The notes under the pieces were generated by a model. It was not told the origin of the DNA. It saw only the letters and a program-made list of their open reading frames with translations, and searched no databases. DNA of 64,000 nucleotides from Myxococcota bacterium (GTDB taxonomy: Bacteria; Myxococcota_A; SURF-8): NCBI GenBank assembly GCA_965140415.1, contig OZ223209.1, positions 5,632,001 through 5,696,000 of the forward strand, given 5' to 3'. Made by a program: the position numbers and the translations under genes. Shown here piece after piece: positions 10,213 through 20,324 of this stretch (positions are counted from its first letter, which is position 1; the number at the start of each line of letters is the position of its first letter).

Positions 10213-11187
10213 ATGAGTACCGCTACCGCGCTTGCGCGGCCAAACATTGCGCTGATCAAATACTGGGGTAAACGGGATACGCACCTGAACCTGCCGGAAA
10301 CCGGTAGCCTGTCGCTTACGTTAAGTCGTTTCCACACCCGCACCACCGTAACTGTCGATCCTAACCGCAAGCAGGACCGTATTCTGTTGAACGGACAACT
10401 GGCCGTTGGGCGTGAAGCGGAGCGCGTCGTTTCCATGCTGGATCTCATTCGGCGGCGATACAACGTCACCGGCGCGGCGGAAGTCGTGAGCGAAAACAAT
10501 TTCCCAACCGCCTCCGGGCTGGCCTCTTCCGCCTCCGGTTTTGCGGCGCTGGTGTTGGCCGCAACCCATGCCTGGGAACTGGCTCCATCTTTCGATGAAC
10601 TGGCGGATCTGGCCCGGCGCGGTTCCGGTTCCGCTCCGCGTAGCCTGGCTGGTGGTCTGGCGCTCTATGCACCGGAAAAAGAAGGCGACACGCCACAATT
10701 GCAGCCATTAGGCTCGCTCGACCCCTTGCCACTTAATCTGCTGGTGGCTGTTACCACGCAGGAGGCGAAAAAAGTTGGTTCCACAGAAGGCATGCAACGC
10801 ACACGGGAGACCTCCCCTTATTATAAGGCCTGGATCGATCACAACCGCAGTTTATTGAAACGCGCCTGGCAGGCCGCCATCGATCGTGATTTCACGACGC
10901 TCGGCCAACTGACGGAAACCTCCTGTTTCGGTATGCATTCCGTGATGATGAGCGCGACTCCACCGTTGATCTATTGGAATCCGACAACGCTGGCGCTGAT
11001 TCAGAAAGTCTGGGAACTGCGCGAATCCGGCCTGGAAGCTTACGTGACCATCGATGCAGGTCCGCATGTCAAGGTGTTATGCCAACCCGAAAACAGCGAA
11101 CGCCTGCAAACGGAACTTTCCGATGTTGCAGGAGTACAGGAAGTCTGGATCGAAGAACCCGGCAGAGGCGCGGAGCTCCTACGATGA
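10213..11187 (+). CDS. mvaD: Diphosphomevalonate decarboxylase
   Basis: NIALIKYWGK, NNFPTASGLASSASGFAA, RRGSGSA, TIDAGPHV. Confidence 0.96.
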   Translation: MSTATALARPNIALIKYWGKRDTHLNLPETGSLSLTLSRFHTRTTVTVDPNRKQDRILLNGQLAVGREAERVVSMLDLIRRRYNVTGAAEVVSENNFPTASGLASSASGFAALVLAATHAWELAPSFDELADLARRGSGSAPRSLAGGLALYAPEKEGDTPQLQPLGSLDPLPLNLLVAVTTQEAKKVGSTEGMQRTRETSPYYKAWIDHNRSLLKRAWQAAIDRDFTTLGQLTETSCFGMHSVMMSATPPLIYWNPTTLALIQKVWELRESGLEAYVTIDAGPHVKVLCQPENSERLQTELSDVAGVQEVWIEEPGRGAELLR

Positions 11188-12170
11188 AGGAACACGGTTT
11201 TCCTTGCCTGTCCGCTGCCGGCAAGCTGGTGCTGCTGGGTGAATACGCGGTCGCATTCGGCAAACCGGGGTTGGTGATGGCGGTAAATCGGCGCGTTCGA
11301 CTGACTCCTCATGATCCAACTCCCGAAGCTTCGACAACCACTGATACGGCTCCCGATCTAGTGCGCTTTGTACGTGAAGCGACAGCCCGGCAGTTGGGCG
11401 TTCAGTTGGACAATCGCTGCTGGTTGGCGGATTCGTCATGTTTTTCGCAGGATAGCATCAAACTGGGACTGGGTAGCAGCGCCGCCGTGGCAACGGTCAG
11501 TGCGGCGTCGGTCTTTACCGAGCAAGGAAAAGATATCACGGCTTTCGAAACCCGGCGGCAACTGTGGACTATCGCGCAGCAGGCGCACAATACGTATTTT
11601 TCCAGTAACGGCAGCGGCATCGACATCGCCGCGTCGCTCTTTGGCGGTTTGCTACAGATGCGACCTGCGACAAAGGAAGCTCCCGTAGGTTTCAAATCGC
11701 TTACGTGGCCTCGCGAATTGCAATTGGTCACGGTCTGGACGGGCAAGGCGGCTTCCACACCGATACTGCTGCAAAAAGTGCGAGAGTATAAACAACGCCA
11801 CCCCGAAGAATTTCAGGAACGTATCGACGCCATGGAGGCTGCTGTCAACAATGTGCTGCAAAACATCGATGATGCTGAAACCTGGTGCAGTGAAGCACAA
11901 CGATATATGAAACTGATGGACGAGTTAGGGATCGCCTCCGGCGCGGAGATCGTCACTCCCGCCATGAAACGTATCGCCCGCTGGGCGCAAACCTGCGGCG
12001 GCTACGCCAAGCCTTCCGGGGCGGGGGGTGGCGACATGCTGCTGGTTTTCTTTCCCAAACAGGGAGATCCCGAACGTTTTAAGCAAGGTCTTTCAAACGA
12101 GGACGGGCTGTGCATCCAATTGACGCGCGACGAGCGCGGCGTGAATGCCTGCGCAAAAGAGGAAGGATAG
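11184..12170 (+). CDS. mvaK2: Phosphomevalonate kinase (GHMP family)
   Basis: AAGKLVLLGEYAV, KLGLGSSAA, GSGIDIAAS, KPSGAGGGD; ATGA overlap with the mvaD stop; cluster context. Confidence 0.88.
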   Translation: MKEHGFPCLSAAGKLVLLGEYAVAFGKPGLVMAVNRRVRLTPHDPTPEASTTTDTAPDLVRFVREATARQLGVQLDNRCWLADSSCFSQDSIKLGLGSSAAVATVSAASVFTEQGKDITAFETRRQLWTIAQQAHNTYFSSNGSGIDIAASLFGGLLQMRPATKEAPVGFKSLTWPRELQLVTVWTGKAASTPILLQKVREYKQRHPEEFQERIDAMEAAVNNVLQNIDDAETWCSEAQRYMKLMDELGIASGAEIVTPAMKRIARWAQTCGGYAKPSGAGGGDMLLVFFPKQGDPERFKQGLSNEDGLCIQLTRDERGVNACAKEEG

Positions 12171-12174
12171 GTTT

Positions 12175-13365
12175 ATGAGCGAAACAAAGAGAAGCTCTCG
12201 CCGTTCCGGTTGGCATCGACTCAGTCCCGAACAGCGCATTGCGGAACTGGCCATCTGGTTGGGTCGGGATTACGACCGCTTGCAGGCGAACCTGCAAGAT
12301 GGCGGCTTGAGCACCGCCATGGCCGACTCGCTGGTGGAAAATGTCTGCGGACGTTTCGCCCTGCCGTTTTCGCTGGCGGCCAATGTCCTCGTCAACGGAA
12401 ACGACGTGTTGATTCCCATGGTGGTGGAGGAACCGTCGGTGGTGGCGGCCTGCTCGAATGCGGCTCGTATGGTGCGCGAAGGCGGTGGCTTTTTCGCCGA
12501 AGCCGACGATCCGGTGATGATCTGTCAGATTCAGCTTTTCGATGCCGCACACGAGCACATCGAAACCGTGGTCAAACAACACCGAGAGGAATTACTGGAA
12601 CTGGCGCGGCGGCAGGACGATGCACTGTGCGCGCTGGGAGGCGGCCCGCGCGATCTGGAAGTCAGAAGCATTCAAGATGCCGAGGGCGCATACCAGTTCA
12701 GTGTCGTACATATTTCGGTCGACGTGCGCGACGCCATGGGAGCCAACGCCGTCAACAGCATGGGCGAAGCCATCGCCCCGCGACTGGAAGAGCTTACCGG
12801 AGCGCGTAGCGGGTTGCGCATACTCTCCAACCTGGCCGACCGTCGCCTGGTGCGGGTCCGCTTTGAATGTCCCGCCGATGCACTGGCTTTAAAAGGTTTT
12901 CCCCCGGAACAGGTGGTGGACGGTATCGTGGCGGCGTCCCATTTTGCAGAACTGGACCCCTATCGCGCCACCACCCACAATAAAGGACTCATGAACGGTG
13001 TAGACCCGGTGCTACTGGCCACCGGCAACGATTGGCGCGCCGTGGAAGCCGGAGCGCACGCCTATGCATCTAAAAGTGGATGCTACCGGCCACTGTCCAC
13101 CTTCAGAAAAGGAGAACAGGGTCAACTGATCGGAAAACTGGAACTGCCCATGGCGGTGGGCACCGTTGGCGGCGCGACGCGACTGCATCCGCTGGCAAGA
13201 CTTTCATTGGCTATCATGGACGTTCATTCGGCGGGTGAACTGGCGATGCTGGCGGCGACCGCCGGGCTGGCCACCAATCTGGCCTCTTTGCGCGCACTTT
13301 CCACCGAGGGTATCCAGAAGGGTCACATGCGCCTGCACCGCCGCAGTCGCCATTTACAAGAATAG
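12175..13365 (+). CDS. mvaA: Class II HMG-CoA reductase
   Basis: ENVCG, PMVVEEPSVVAA, DAMGAN, RATTHNKG, GNDWRAVEAGAH, EGIQKGHMRLH. Confidence 0.95.
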   Translation: MSETKRSSRRSGWHRLSPEQRIAELAIWLGRDYDRLQANLQDGGLSTAMADSLVENVCGRFALPFSLAANVLVNGNDVLIPMVVEEPSVVAACSNAARMVREGGGFFAEADDPVMICQIQLFDAAHEHIETVVKQHREELLELARRQDDALCALGGGPRDLEVRSIQDAEGAYQFSVVHISVDVRDAMGANAVNSMGEAIAPRLEELTGARSGLRILSNLADRRLVRVRFECPADALALKGFPPEQVVDGIVAASHFAELDPYRATTHNKGLMNGVDPVLLATGNDWRAVEAGAHAYASKSGCYRPLSTFRKGEQGQLIGKLELPMAVGTVGGATRLHPLARLSLAIMDVHSAGELAMLAATAGLATNLASLRALSTEGIQKGHMRLHRRSRHLQE

Positions 13366-13386
13366 CTGTATCTTATTGAAATAACG

Positions 13387-13395
13387 TGCTATAAT
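13387..13395 (+). promoter_or_regulatory. Extended -10 promoter (TGnTATAAT) upstream of mvaS
   Basis: Exact TGCTATAAT in an AT-rich patch 21 nt after the mvaA stop. Confidence 0.6.
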
Positions 13396-13625
13396 TACAG
13401 AATTGATTGTTTTCCATCATTCAAGGGACTCGGCCAACCGATAGGGAAAGATGGAAATTTCCACGGGGAATCGAATCATTCCGGTTGATTATTCGCGAAA
13501 CTATGGTAAACCGATACCAGCGAATTTGGCCGGGGGACGGCCCCTGAAGTGAAACTTGCTTATAACGCTCGGACATCGGAAGCATGGATAACATCGAAGG
13601 GGATTTTCGAGCATCGGAGAACGAT

Positions 13626-14915
13626 ATGCCAACCGGACTTGAGGCACTGTCCGTTTACATTCCAGCTCACTACCTCGACGCACGTGAGTTGGCCAACGTC
13701 AATGAAGTCGATCCACGGAAGTACACTGTCGGCATCGGCATTCATCAGATTTCCATTACCTCGCCGCATGAAGACTCGGTGACGATGGCTCATCAGGCGG
13801 CGCAGTCGTTGTTGACCGAATACGACATCGACCCGGCGGATATCGGAATGTTGATCGTCGGCTCGGAAACGAGCGTCGATGCCGCCAAGCCGATCGCAGC
13901 CTACGTGCACGGCCTATTGGGTCTGCCTTCCAATTGCCGCACCTTCGACACCAAGCATGCCTGTTACAGCGCCACCGCCGCATTGCGCATGGCGCGAAGC
14001 TGGTGCAGCGAAGCAGGGAAAGGCCGCAAAGCGCTGGTCATCGCCAGCGACATCGCCCGCTACGAAGTCGGCTCGCCCGGCGAACCCACCCAGGGCGCAG
14101 GCGCGGTGGCCATGCTGGTCAGCGACAAACCTTCGCTACTGGTTTTCGACGATTTCCCGGAAGCCTATTACACCGAAGACGTGATGGACTTCTGGCGGCC
14201 CAACTATCGCAACACGGCGCTGGTGCAGGGGAACCTGTCGATTGAAAGCTACTTGAAGGCGCTGGAAAGCACCTACGAACTGTACCAGCGGCAGTCGGAA
14301 TTAAGCTGGGAAGACTACGATTACATGCTGTTCCACGTTCCGTTTCCAAAAATGGCCAGCAAAGCTTTTCACAGATTGTGCGAAGTCGATGCGCGCCGGG
14401 GAGACATGCAGGCGCTGGAACTGATGTTGAAACAATTCAAGCTGCGCACGCAACCTTACTTGCAGGCCAACAGCCAAACCGGCAACCTGTATTCGGGAGC
14501 ACTGTATCTCTCGCTGGCGGAACTGCTGAGTTCACAGGCCGCCGACCAGCCCGGTCGCCGGGTGGGACTGTTCTCCTACGGCAGCGGCTGCTGTGGCGAA
14601 TACTTCAGCGGATTGATCGGTGATGGCGCCCGTCACTGCCGGGAGAAAATCGGTCTTTTCGCCGCGCTGGAGAATCGCTCCGAACTCAGCTACGAAAAAT
14701 ACCTGAGCTTCCGCAAACGCTCGGAAAAAATGGCGGATGACGGCTCCTACCATTTGGAGTTGAGCTGCGACGGCAGCAGTTGCCCCGGTGGCGCGGTATT
14801 TTTAGGCATCGAGGAAGACAGGCGGTTGTACTGTGTAGCCGAGCGGGCACAAGTCTGTCGACGCGAACCGCGCATTCAGCCTGCTCGACGCCCCAATCTG
14901 GTAGCGGTGCGCTAA
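13626..14915 (+). CDS. mvaS: HMG-CoA synthase
   Basis: GSETSVD (catalytic Glu), KHACY (Cys), GEPTQGAGAVAML, DFWRP, FHVPF (His), GNLYSG, SYGSG. GGAGA SD before ATG 13626; ATG 13584 is an alternative start. Confidence 0.95.
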   Translation: MPTGLEALSVYIPAHYLDARELANVNEVDPRKYTVGIGIHQISITSPHEDSVTMAHQAAQSLLTEYDIDPADIGMLIVGSETSVDAAKPIAAYVHGLLGLPSNCRTFDTKHACYSATAALRMARSWCSEAGKGRKALVIASDIARYEVGSPGEPTQGAGAVAMLVSDKPSLLVFDDFPEAYYTEDVMDFWRPNYRNTALVQGNLSIESYLKALESTYELYQRQSELSWEDYDYMLFHVPFPKMASKAFHRLCEVDARRGDMQALELMLKQFKLRTQPYLQANSQTGNLYSGALYLSLAELLSSQAADQPGRRVGLFSYGSGCCGEYFSGLIGDGARHCREKIGLFAALENRSELSYEKYLSFRKRSEKMADDGSYHLELSCDGSSCPGGAVFLGIEEDRRLYCVAERAQVCRREPRIQPARRPNLVAVR

Positions 14916-14947
14916 CTGATATCCGCTCTACTCCTACTACAAACAGA

Positions 14948-14975
14948 ACAGGAGCGGGACAATGCCCGCTCCTGT
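14948..14975. terminator. Hairpin between convergent genes, likely terminator
   Basis: Perfect 11-bp stem ACAGGAGCGGG/CCCGCTCCTGT; T-rich tail on the minus strand. Confidence 0.7.
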
Positions 14976-15002
14976 CAGATTCCATTCCCTTATAAAAACG
15001 AT

Positions 15003-16007
15003 TTACTCCGCATAGGGTTCCGCGTAAGCCGTTCCCCAGTGCAAGTCCTTGGAGTTGAGAATACGGAAGGTTTTGCTTGCCGTGTCTACTTCCACGATCA
15101 GGTAGTTGTCCGGGTCGTAGCGTGTCGCACCCAGCACCATGTGCTGCGGGCCGTACATGTCGCCAAAGTTGATCCAGCGATGCGTGTGACCGGCGAAGAA
15201 CAGGCGGATGTCGTCTTTGTACTGACGCAGCAGCCGCTGCAAGCCCAGGTCTTCTCCCTCGGTCGGAATCACCAGCGGCAGCATGTAATGCATGAACAGG
15301 AAAGAGGGCATCCCTTCCGCGAGTTGATCGTTCAGCCAGTTCAGTTGCGTTTCACCCAAACTGCCTAAGTCGGTCTGGAAATTGTCACTGTCCGCATCCC
15401 AGGTTTCGCCCAGGAAATTATTAAGCAGGATAAAACGGAAACCGTGCAGATCCACCGAATAGTAGGGATCGACACCGAATTTCTCCTTGAACAGTTCGTG
15501 TGTCGTTTCGCGCGTGATGTTCTTGACATCATAGTCGTGATTGCCCAGCGTAATATGCACCGGCATGTCGAAACCATCGAAGATTTCTTTGGCGATATCG
15601 AAGCGGGTTCGGTTGTTGCGCACGAATTCGGCGCTGTCGTTGGGGTAATTGTGAATGATGTCACCCGGCACGAAAACCGCTTCCGGTTGCGGATCGAGTG
15701 CGTTGATCGCATCACGCACCGCCTTCAGGCGCTCATCGGTCACTGCCACCGTGTCGGTGTCGAGTTGATTCCCTTCCTGGCCATCGTAATAGTCGTCGCA
15801 AACATGCGGATCGGTGATGACGGCAAAGCGGAAGGTACGCGGCGTTTCGGCTTCCGGCGTGGTTTCATCCTGAATCTTGGCCAGCGGTTGATTGCTTTGC
15901 GGCAGGGGTGCGTCTTCGTAGCAGGCGGCGATCAACAGCAATGCGGCCATGCAAAACAGGAACATTGAAAACGGTCTGTTATGGGTATAGCGTCGAATAT
16001 ATGTCAT
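15003..16007 (-). CDS. Calcineurin-like metallophosphoesterase lipoprotein
   Basis: ITDPH, GDIIH, LGNHD, MHY, AGHTH metal motifs; lipobox LIAAC. Confidence 0.9.
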   Translation of the reverse strand: MTYIRRYTHNRPFSMFLFCMAALLLIAACYEDAPLPQSNQPLAKIQDETTPEAETPRTFRFAVITDPHVCDDYYDGQEGNQLDTDTVAVTDERLKAVRDAINALDPQPEAVFVPGDIIHNYPNDSAEFVRNNRTRFDIAKEIFDGFDMPVHITLGNHDYDVKNITRETTHELFKEKFGVDPYYSVDLHGFRFILLNNFLGETWDADSDNFQTDLGSLGETQLNWLNDQLAEGMPSFLFMHYMLPLVIPTEGEDLGLQRLLRQYKDDIRLFFAGHTHRWINFGDMYGPQHMVLGATRYDPDNYLIVEVDTASKTFRILNSKDLHWGTAYAEPYAE

Positions 16008-16044
16008 GGTTTTCACCTTTTCCTTATTGAATTCCCGGTTTCGC

Positions 16045-18189
16045 TTACATGCCGCCCATCGAAGAGGCGGAGGACATGATCTTCTGCTGCATGGCATTGG
16101 TCATGCGTGGATCGGCCATTTTGAATCCCTCGACAAAACCGTATTCGGTTACATCGCCTTTAACGATGTTGCCCATGTCCAGCCACAACAAGCCGTTATA
16201 CGATGCGGATTTCCAGGGAATGTAGGCTTGATCGCCCGCGATGCCGTCCGGTGCGGAAAACGGATAAGGCGTTTCGTGCGAGATTTCCGCCGGAGGATCG
16301 GGAATGTAGTAGGCGTCCACGAATTCCGGCTGCGCGAAGTGATCGTAATCGCGACCCGAATCGGGTTGACAGTCCATGTCGTAGAAGAAAATATCAGCCA
16401 GTCCGTTGGGGTCGATGGTCGATTCGATTAAAATCGCCTCTTCGCCGTTTTCATCACTGTAACGCGCCACAACCGTTGTGCCGTCCGGAATTTGCAGCAT
16501 GCCATCTTCCTGAACGATCTGAGCCTGGGTTGCCTGCGCCGTGGCCAGCGATCCGCCGAAGAATCCGACGATGACATCGTCTTCCGTCAATGTTACCGGT
16601 TCCCGATCCAATACGACCGGCTCACCACTCTGCTCTTCAGTCGGAATCAGAATCGAGTAAAGCGTGATGGCTGCCGTATCGTTGGCCGCGCCTTCGGTGG
16701 CGTCGCCAACGGGACCGCGATCATGCAGCAGAATCGGCAAAGCGTCGCCCGGCGTAAAGCTTTCGAAATCGAAACCCAGCCTGGCGCACTCGAAGGATTT
16801 CAAGAAAGCATAGCGGCCATCGAAAGGATTGGTTCCGATATTGCCGATGAATTCCCGGAATGGATAGGGGCGCGAGTAGAAGGTGTTGACGTCCAGTTGA
16901 ATCGTGTCCGCCGGAATGCCCGCCATCGGCAAGAAGCCGATCAGCATGGCCGGTAAGGCTTCGCCGTTATCCTGTCCCACCGAATCGACCAGTTGCAGAA
17001 TCGAAGAGTCGATGCCTTCGATTCCCATCAAGGAAAGCAGATCCTCAAAGCCGATCGCCTTACGCAGAAAATCGGCGAAGACGCCCATCATCATCATCAG
17101 ATCGGTTTCCAGCCGCAGGCGCGTGTCGTCTTTGCCGTCAAGATGCTCGATCATGCGGTCCAGGGTATTCATCACCGACAGATCTTCCCCGTTCCAAAGT
17201 AGTGACACTTTCGTTGTGCCGGTATTGAAGCTACCCTGCATCGCGAAATGCTCGACGCGCTTGACGGTCAGGCTGTCGTTCTGGACCATGACGTCGTCGG
17301 ACTGCTTGTCGGTTTCCACCGCCATCAGCCGGAAAGCCTGCCGAGCATCGGCCACGCTGGTGGTCAGGCTGGCTTTGGAGCGTGTCCAGGCGGCCAGTCC
17401 CTCCGCGCCGCGAATGGTCAATAACTCCGTGTCTTTGTCGAACAGTTCCACCAATAGCGCCAACGGGTCCGGGTTTTCCTCGTTGATCTCCGAGCCGATA
17501 TCTCCGAACTTGAAATCGATCTGCTGCGAATCCATCAACACGATCACGCTGTATACCATGTTGGTGATGGCAGACAGGAAGTGCACGTCGGCCAGATCCC
17601 ACTCGCTGTGCAGGTTCATGTACTCTTTCTGACGGAAAATCACGGGATAGCTTTCCAGCGTGAAGGTGAATTCCTCCAGCTGTTTCAGGCTATCCAGCCG
17701 CGTGATCTGATCTTCCATCTCCGCGCGCAGGCTTTGAATAATGTTGCTGGCCAGTTCCGGTGGTCCACCACTGCCGTCTTCGGCTTTAAAAGCACCGCTT
17801 TTTTGCACGCTGCTTCCAGCGCCGCTGACTTGCACCGGTTCCAGGTATTGCTCGTCGCCGGCGACAAGACCTATTCCGGTATCGATCAAGCCCATCCAGT
17901 TCTGCAAGGTTGCCAGACAATAGCCGAAGGTGGCCTGGCTGTTTTCGGGATAGTTGATACTGGCCACCCGAAAGGTGTCGTAGGCAGCCTGGCTTTCACC
18001 TGCCGCCAAATAGCGCTTGCCCTGTTCGATCAGGTTATCTGCCGAAGCGGGATCGTCGCCGTCCGTTTCCTGGTCGCCGTCGATGTCGCCGTCCGGGTTG
18101 TCGTCGGAGCTTCCGCAAGCGACACTGACAAGCAGGATCAGCAGGCTGAATGCAACAAATATCAGGTATTGAAATCGGGTCATCTTCAT
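16045..18189 (-). CDS. Large acidic hypothetical lipoprotein with a TPR-like N-terminal segment
   Basis: Lipobox VSVAC, DGD-repeat tract, LIEQGKRYLAAGESQAAYDTF...P.NSQA (TPR-like). Confidence 0.75.
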   Translation of the reverse strand: MKMTRFQYLIFVAFSLLILLVSVACGSSDDNPDGDIDGDQETDGDDPASADNLIEQGKRYLAAGESQAAYDTFRVASINYPENSQATFGYCLATLQNWMGLIDTGIGLVAGDEQYLEPVQVSGAGSSVQKSGAFKAEDGSGGPPELASNIIQSLRAEMEDQITRLDSLKQLEEFTFTLESYPVIFRQKEYMNLHSEWDLADVHFLSAITNMVYSVIVLMDSQQIDFKFGDIGSEINEENPDPLALLVELFDKDTELLTIRGAEGLAAWTRSKASLTTSVADARQAFRLMAVETDKQSDDVMVQNDSLTVKRVEHFAMQGSFNTGTTKVSLLWNGEDLSVMNTLDRMIEHLDGKDDTRLRLETDLMMMMGVFADFLRKAIGFEDLLSLMGIEGIDSSILQLVDSVGQDNGEALPAMLIGFLPMAGIPADTIQLDVNTFYSRPYPFREFIGNIGTNPFDGRYAFLKSFECARLGFDFESFTPGDALPILLHDRGPVGDATEGAANDTAAITLYSILIPTEEQSGEPVVLDREPVTLTEDDVIVGFFGGSLATAQATQAQIVQEDGMLQIPDGTTVVARYSDENGEEAILIESTIDPNGLADIFFYDMDCQPDSGRDYDHFAQPEFVDAYYIPDPPAEISHETPYPFSAPDGIAGDQAYIPWKSASYNGLLWLDMGNIVKGDVTEYGFVEGFKMADPRMTNAMQQKIMSSASSMGGM

Positions 18190-18468
18190 GCTCTGGCCTT
18201 CCTCTGCGGCAAAGATACACTTTTTCGCCGCTGCTGCGTTTGAAATGGTCTGTGGCATTGAATGGACGAACTTCGCCCGAAACTCAGGCTATGTGCTAGC
18301 GGAGCAAATTTCAAGTTAAAAACGCATCATTTCGTTTGCCGGGGTGCATGACAAGAGATTGCAGAAAAGGTCATCACAGATTGTCGGACAAAATTCTTGT
18401 CCAACATGAATTCTTGTCGGTCAGAAAATCTGACCGACCTACTATACCTGCCGCCATCATATGATTCT

Positions 18469-20043
18469 TTAGGATACGGCCTGTACGCTCGATGTGTCCC
18501 ACGCGCCCCGGTCGTTTTGCACGATTTCTTCCCGCAGGGTAGCCCAGTCGGCCCGCAACTGCTTGACATGACGGTGGAAACCTTCCATGGAAACCAGGAA
18601 GATGATGGCGATATTCGGGGAAATCTTTTTCTGCCGAACCAGCTTCATCAATTCCAGAAACAGCTTCCGCTTGTGTTTGTCGCCAGTCAGCAAATAGCTT
18701 CGAATCAGCATGGCGGTTGCTTTGGCTTTAAAGGCCACCCCGGCGTTGGGATCGTCGAAAGTGTATTGGAACGCGCCGTTGCTAAACAGATTCAGCGCTT
18801 TTTCCCCGATCTGCTCGAACGAATACATTCGTTCCAGCGTTTCCACGTAGCGGTCGAAGATGTCCACATGCGACATATTCATATAGCGGAACGGTGGAAA
18901 CATCCCGGCAGCCATTACCGTCGGCGTGCCGTACAAGCGACCTTCTTTTTCCATGCGCTCGTAAATATCCGTTCCAGGAGCGATGCCCAATACGTTGATC
19001 ATCACCAGCGGCAGATTGACCTCGCGCGAGAACGCCTCGATGTGATCGAACTCGTCCAGCGTGTCATGGTCGAAACCGATGATGAACGCCCCGATGATCT
19101 GAATGCCTGCCGCATGAATGCGGTCGATGGCCTGTTTGTAATCGTCGGCCTTGTTATGCAACTTGCGCGTTTCCACCAGGCAGTCGGGATTCACGGATTC
19201 AAAACCGACCAGGATGTACTGGCAACCGGCTTTGGCCATTTTATCCAGCAGTACGGGATCTTTGGAGACATCGATACTGGCCTGGCAGGTCCAGGATAGA
19301 TTCAGCGGCTCAAGCCGGTCCATCAACTCCATGGCATACTTCTTGTTCATCGTAAGATTGTCGTCTACGAAAAACAGAATTTTGGAAGGCAGCGACTCGA
19401 TTTCGGCGATGACATCGTCGATCTCGCGATAGCGCATCCGGTTGCCCTGCATTTTCGTGACCAGACAGAATTCGCAACGGAAAGGACAGCCACGTGAAAT
19501 CTGCACGCCCAAAGCCAGAATCTTGTCGGTATCGATCAGATCCCAGCGCGGACGCGGCGAGGAACGAAATTCGCAAACGGCTTCGGCCTGATAGCTCGAC
19601 TTCAACTCACCACGCTCGAAATCGGCCAGAATATCTTGCCAGATATCCTCCATCTCACCCACCGCCACGCAATCCGCGTGCTGCAAGCCTTCTTCGATCA
19701 TGTAAGAGGAATAGGCACCGCCGAGAATAACGGGCACCCCTTTTGAACGGTACCAGTCCGCCAGTTCGTAGGCGCGATGAACGGTATGGTTTTTTGTAGT
19801 GATTCCAACCAGATCGGGAAGGACATCTTCCGGCACGGAGCAAATATCTTCGTCGATAATGGTGATATCGTAATGGTCCGGCGTCAGAGCGGCCAACGTG
19901 GGCAATGCCAACGGAGTAGTAAACGTGCGCTTACCCAATAGATGACATAATTCCGTTTGGCGAGCGAACAGGGTGTGCTGCTGCCGCCCGTTGATTAGAA
20001 ACAGTTTGCGTTTTCCCGTTGTGTTGCTAGAGACCGCTCCCAT
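18469..20043 (-). CDS. Cobalamin-binding radical SAM protein
   Basis: PLALPTLAALTP, VILGG, GEME (B12-binding domain); SRGCPFRCEFC; FVDDN; GFES; FIIGFDHD. Start uncertain. Confidence 0.92.
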   Translation of the reverse strand: MGAVSSNTTGKRKLFLINGRQQHTLFARQTELCHLLGKRTFTTPLALPTLAALTPDHYDITIIDEDICSVPEDVLPDLVGITTKNHTVHRAYELADWYRSKGVPVILGGAYSSYMIEEGLQHADCVAVGEMEDIWQDILADFERGELKSSYQAEAVCEFRSSPRPRWDLIDTDKILALGVQISRGCPFRCEFCLVTKMQGNRMRYREIDDVIAEIESLPSKILFFVDDNLTMNKKYAMELMDRLEPLNLSWTCQASIDVSKDPVLLDKMAKAGCQYILVGFESVNPDCLVETRKLHNKADDYKQAIDRIHAAGIQIIGAFIIGFDHDTLDEFDHIEAFSREVNLPLVMINVLGIAPGTDIYERMEKEGRLYGTPTVMAAGMFPPFRYMNMSHVDIFDRYVETLERMYSFEQIGEKALNLFSNGAFQYTFDDPNAGVAFKAKATAMLIRSYLLTGDKHKRKLFLELMKLVRQKKISPNIAIIFLVSMEGFHRHVKQLRADWATLREEIVQNDRGAWDTSSVQAVS

Positions 20044-20324
20044 CCCCGTGCCGATCCTTTCCGTTTCGTGATCCATTGCACAAAATCTGCAATGTTTTTT
20101 AATTTTATAAAATAGACGAATGATTCCCTTGAGTCGGATCATAGCACCGTTCCGCAATTTTACCAGGAGTAAAATTACGAAAATTCCTTCCTTGATAGTG
20201 GCTTTGTGAATTTCTGAATGCTCGCCGCACCTGTATGGAAAACGTTGCCTTTTATTTCACTGGGAATTGAAAGAAATCCGGATTCCAGGTATGATCCGAA
20301 CTCCTATTCTTACAGGAGGTTCCA

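Noticed and set aside
18397-19299. Long antisense ORFs (also 9282-10184, 20358-21380, 33435-34685, 41214-42179, 62277-63245)
   Set aside because: They lie opposite well-supported genes and show no motifs; expected shadows of biased codon usage.
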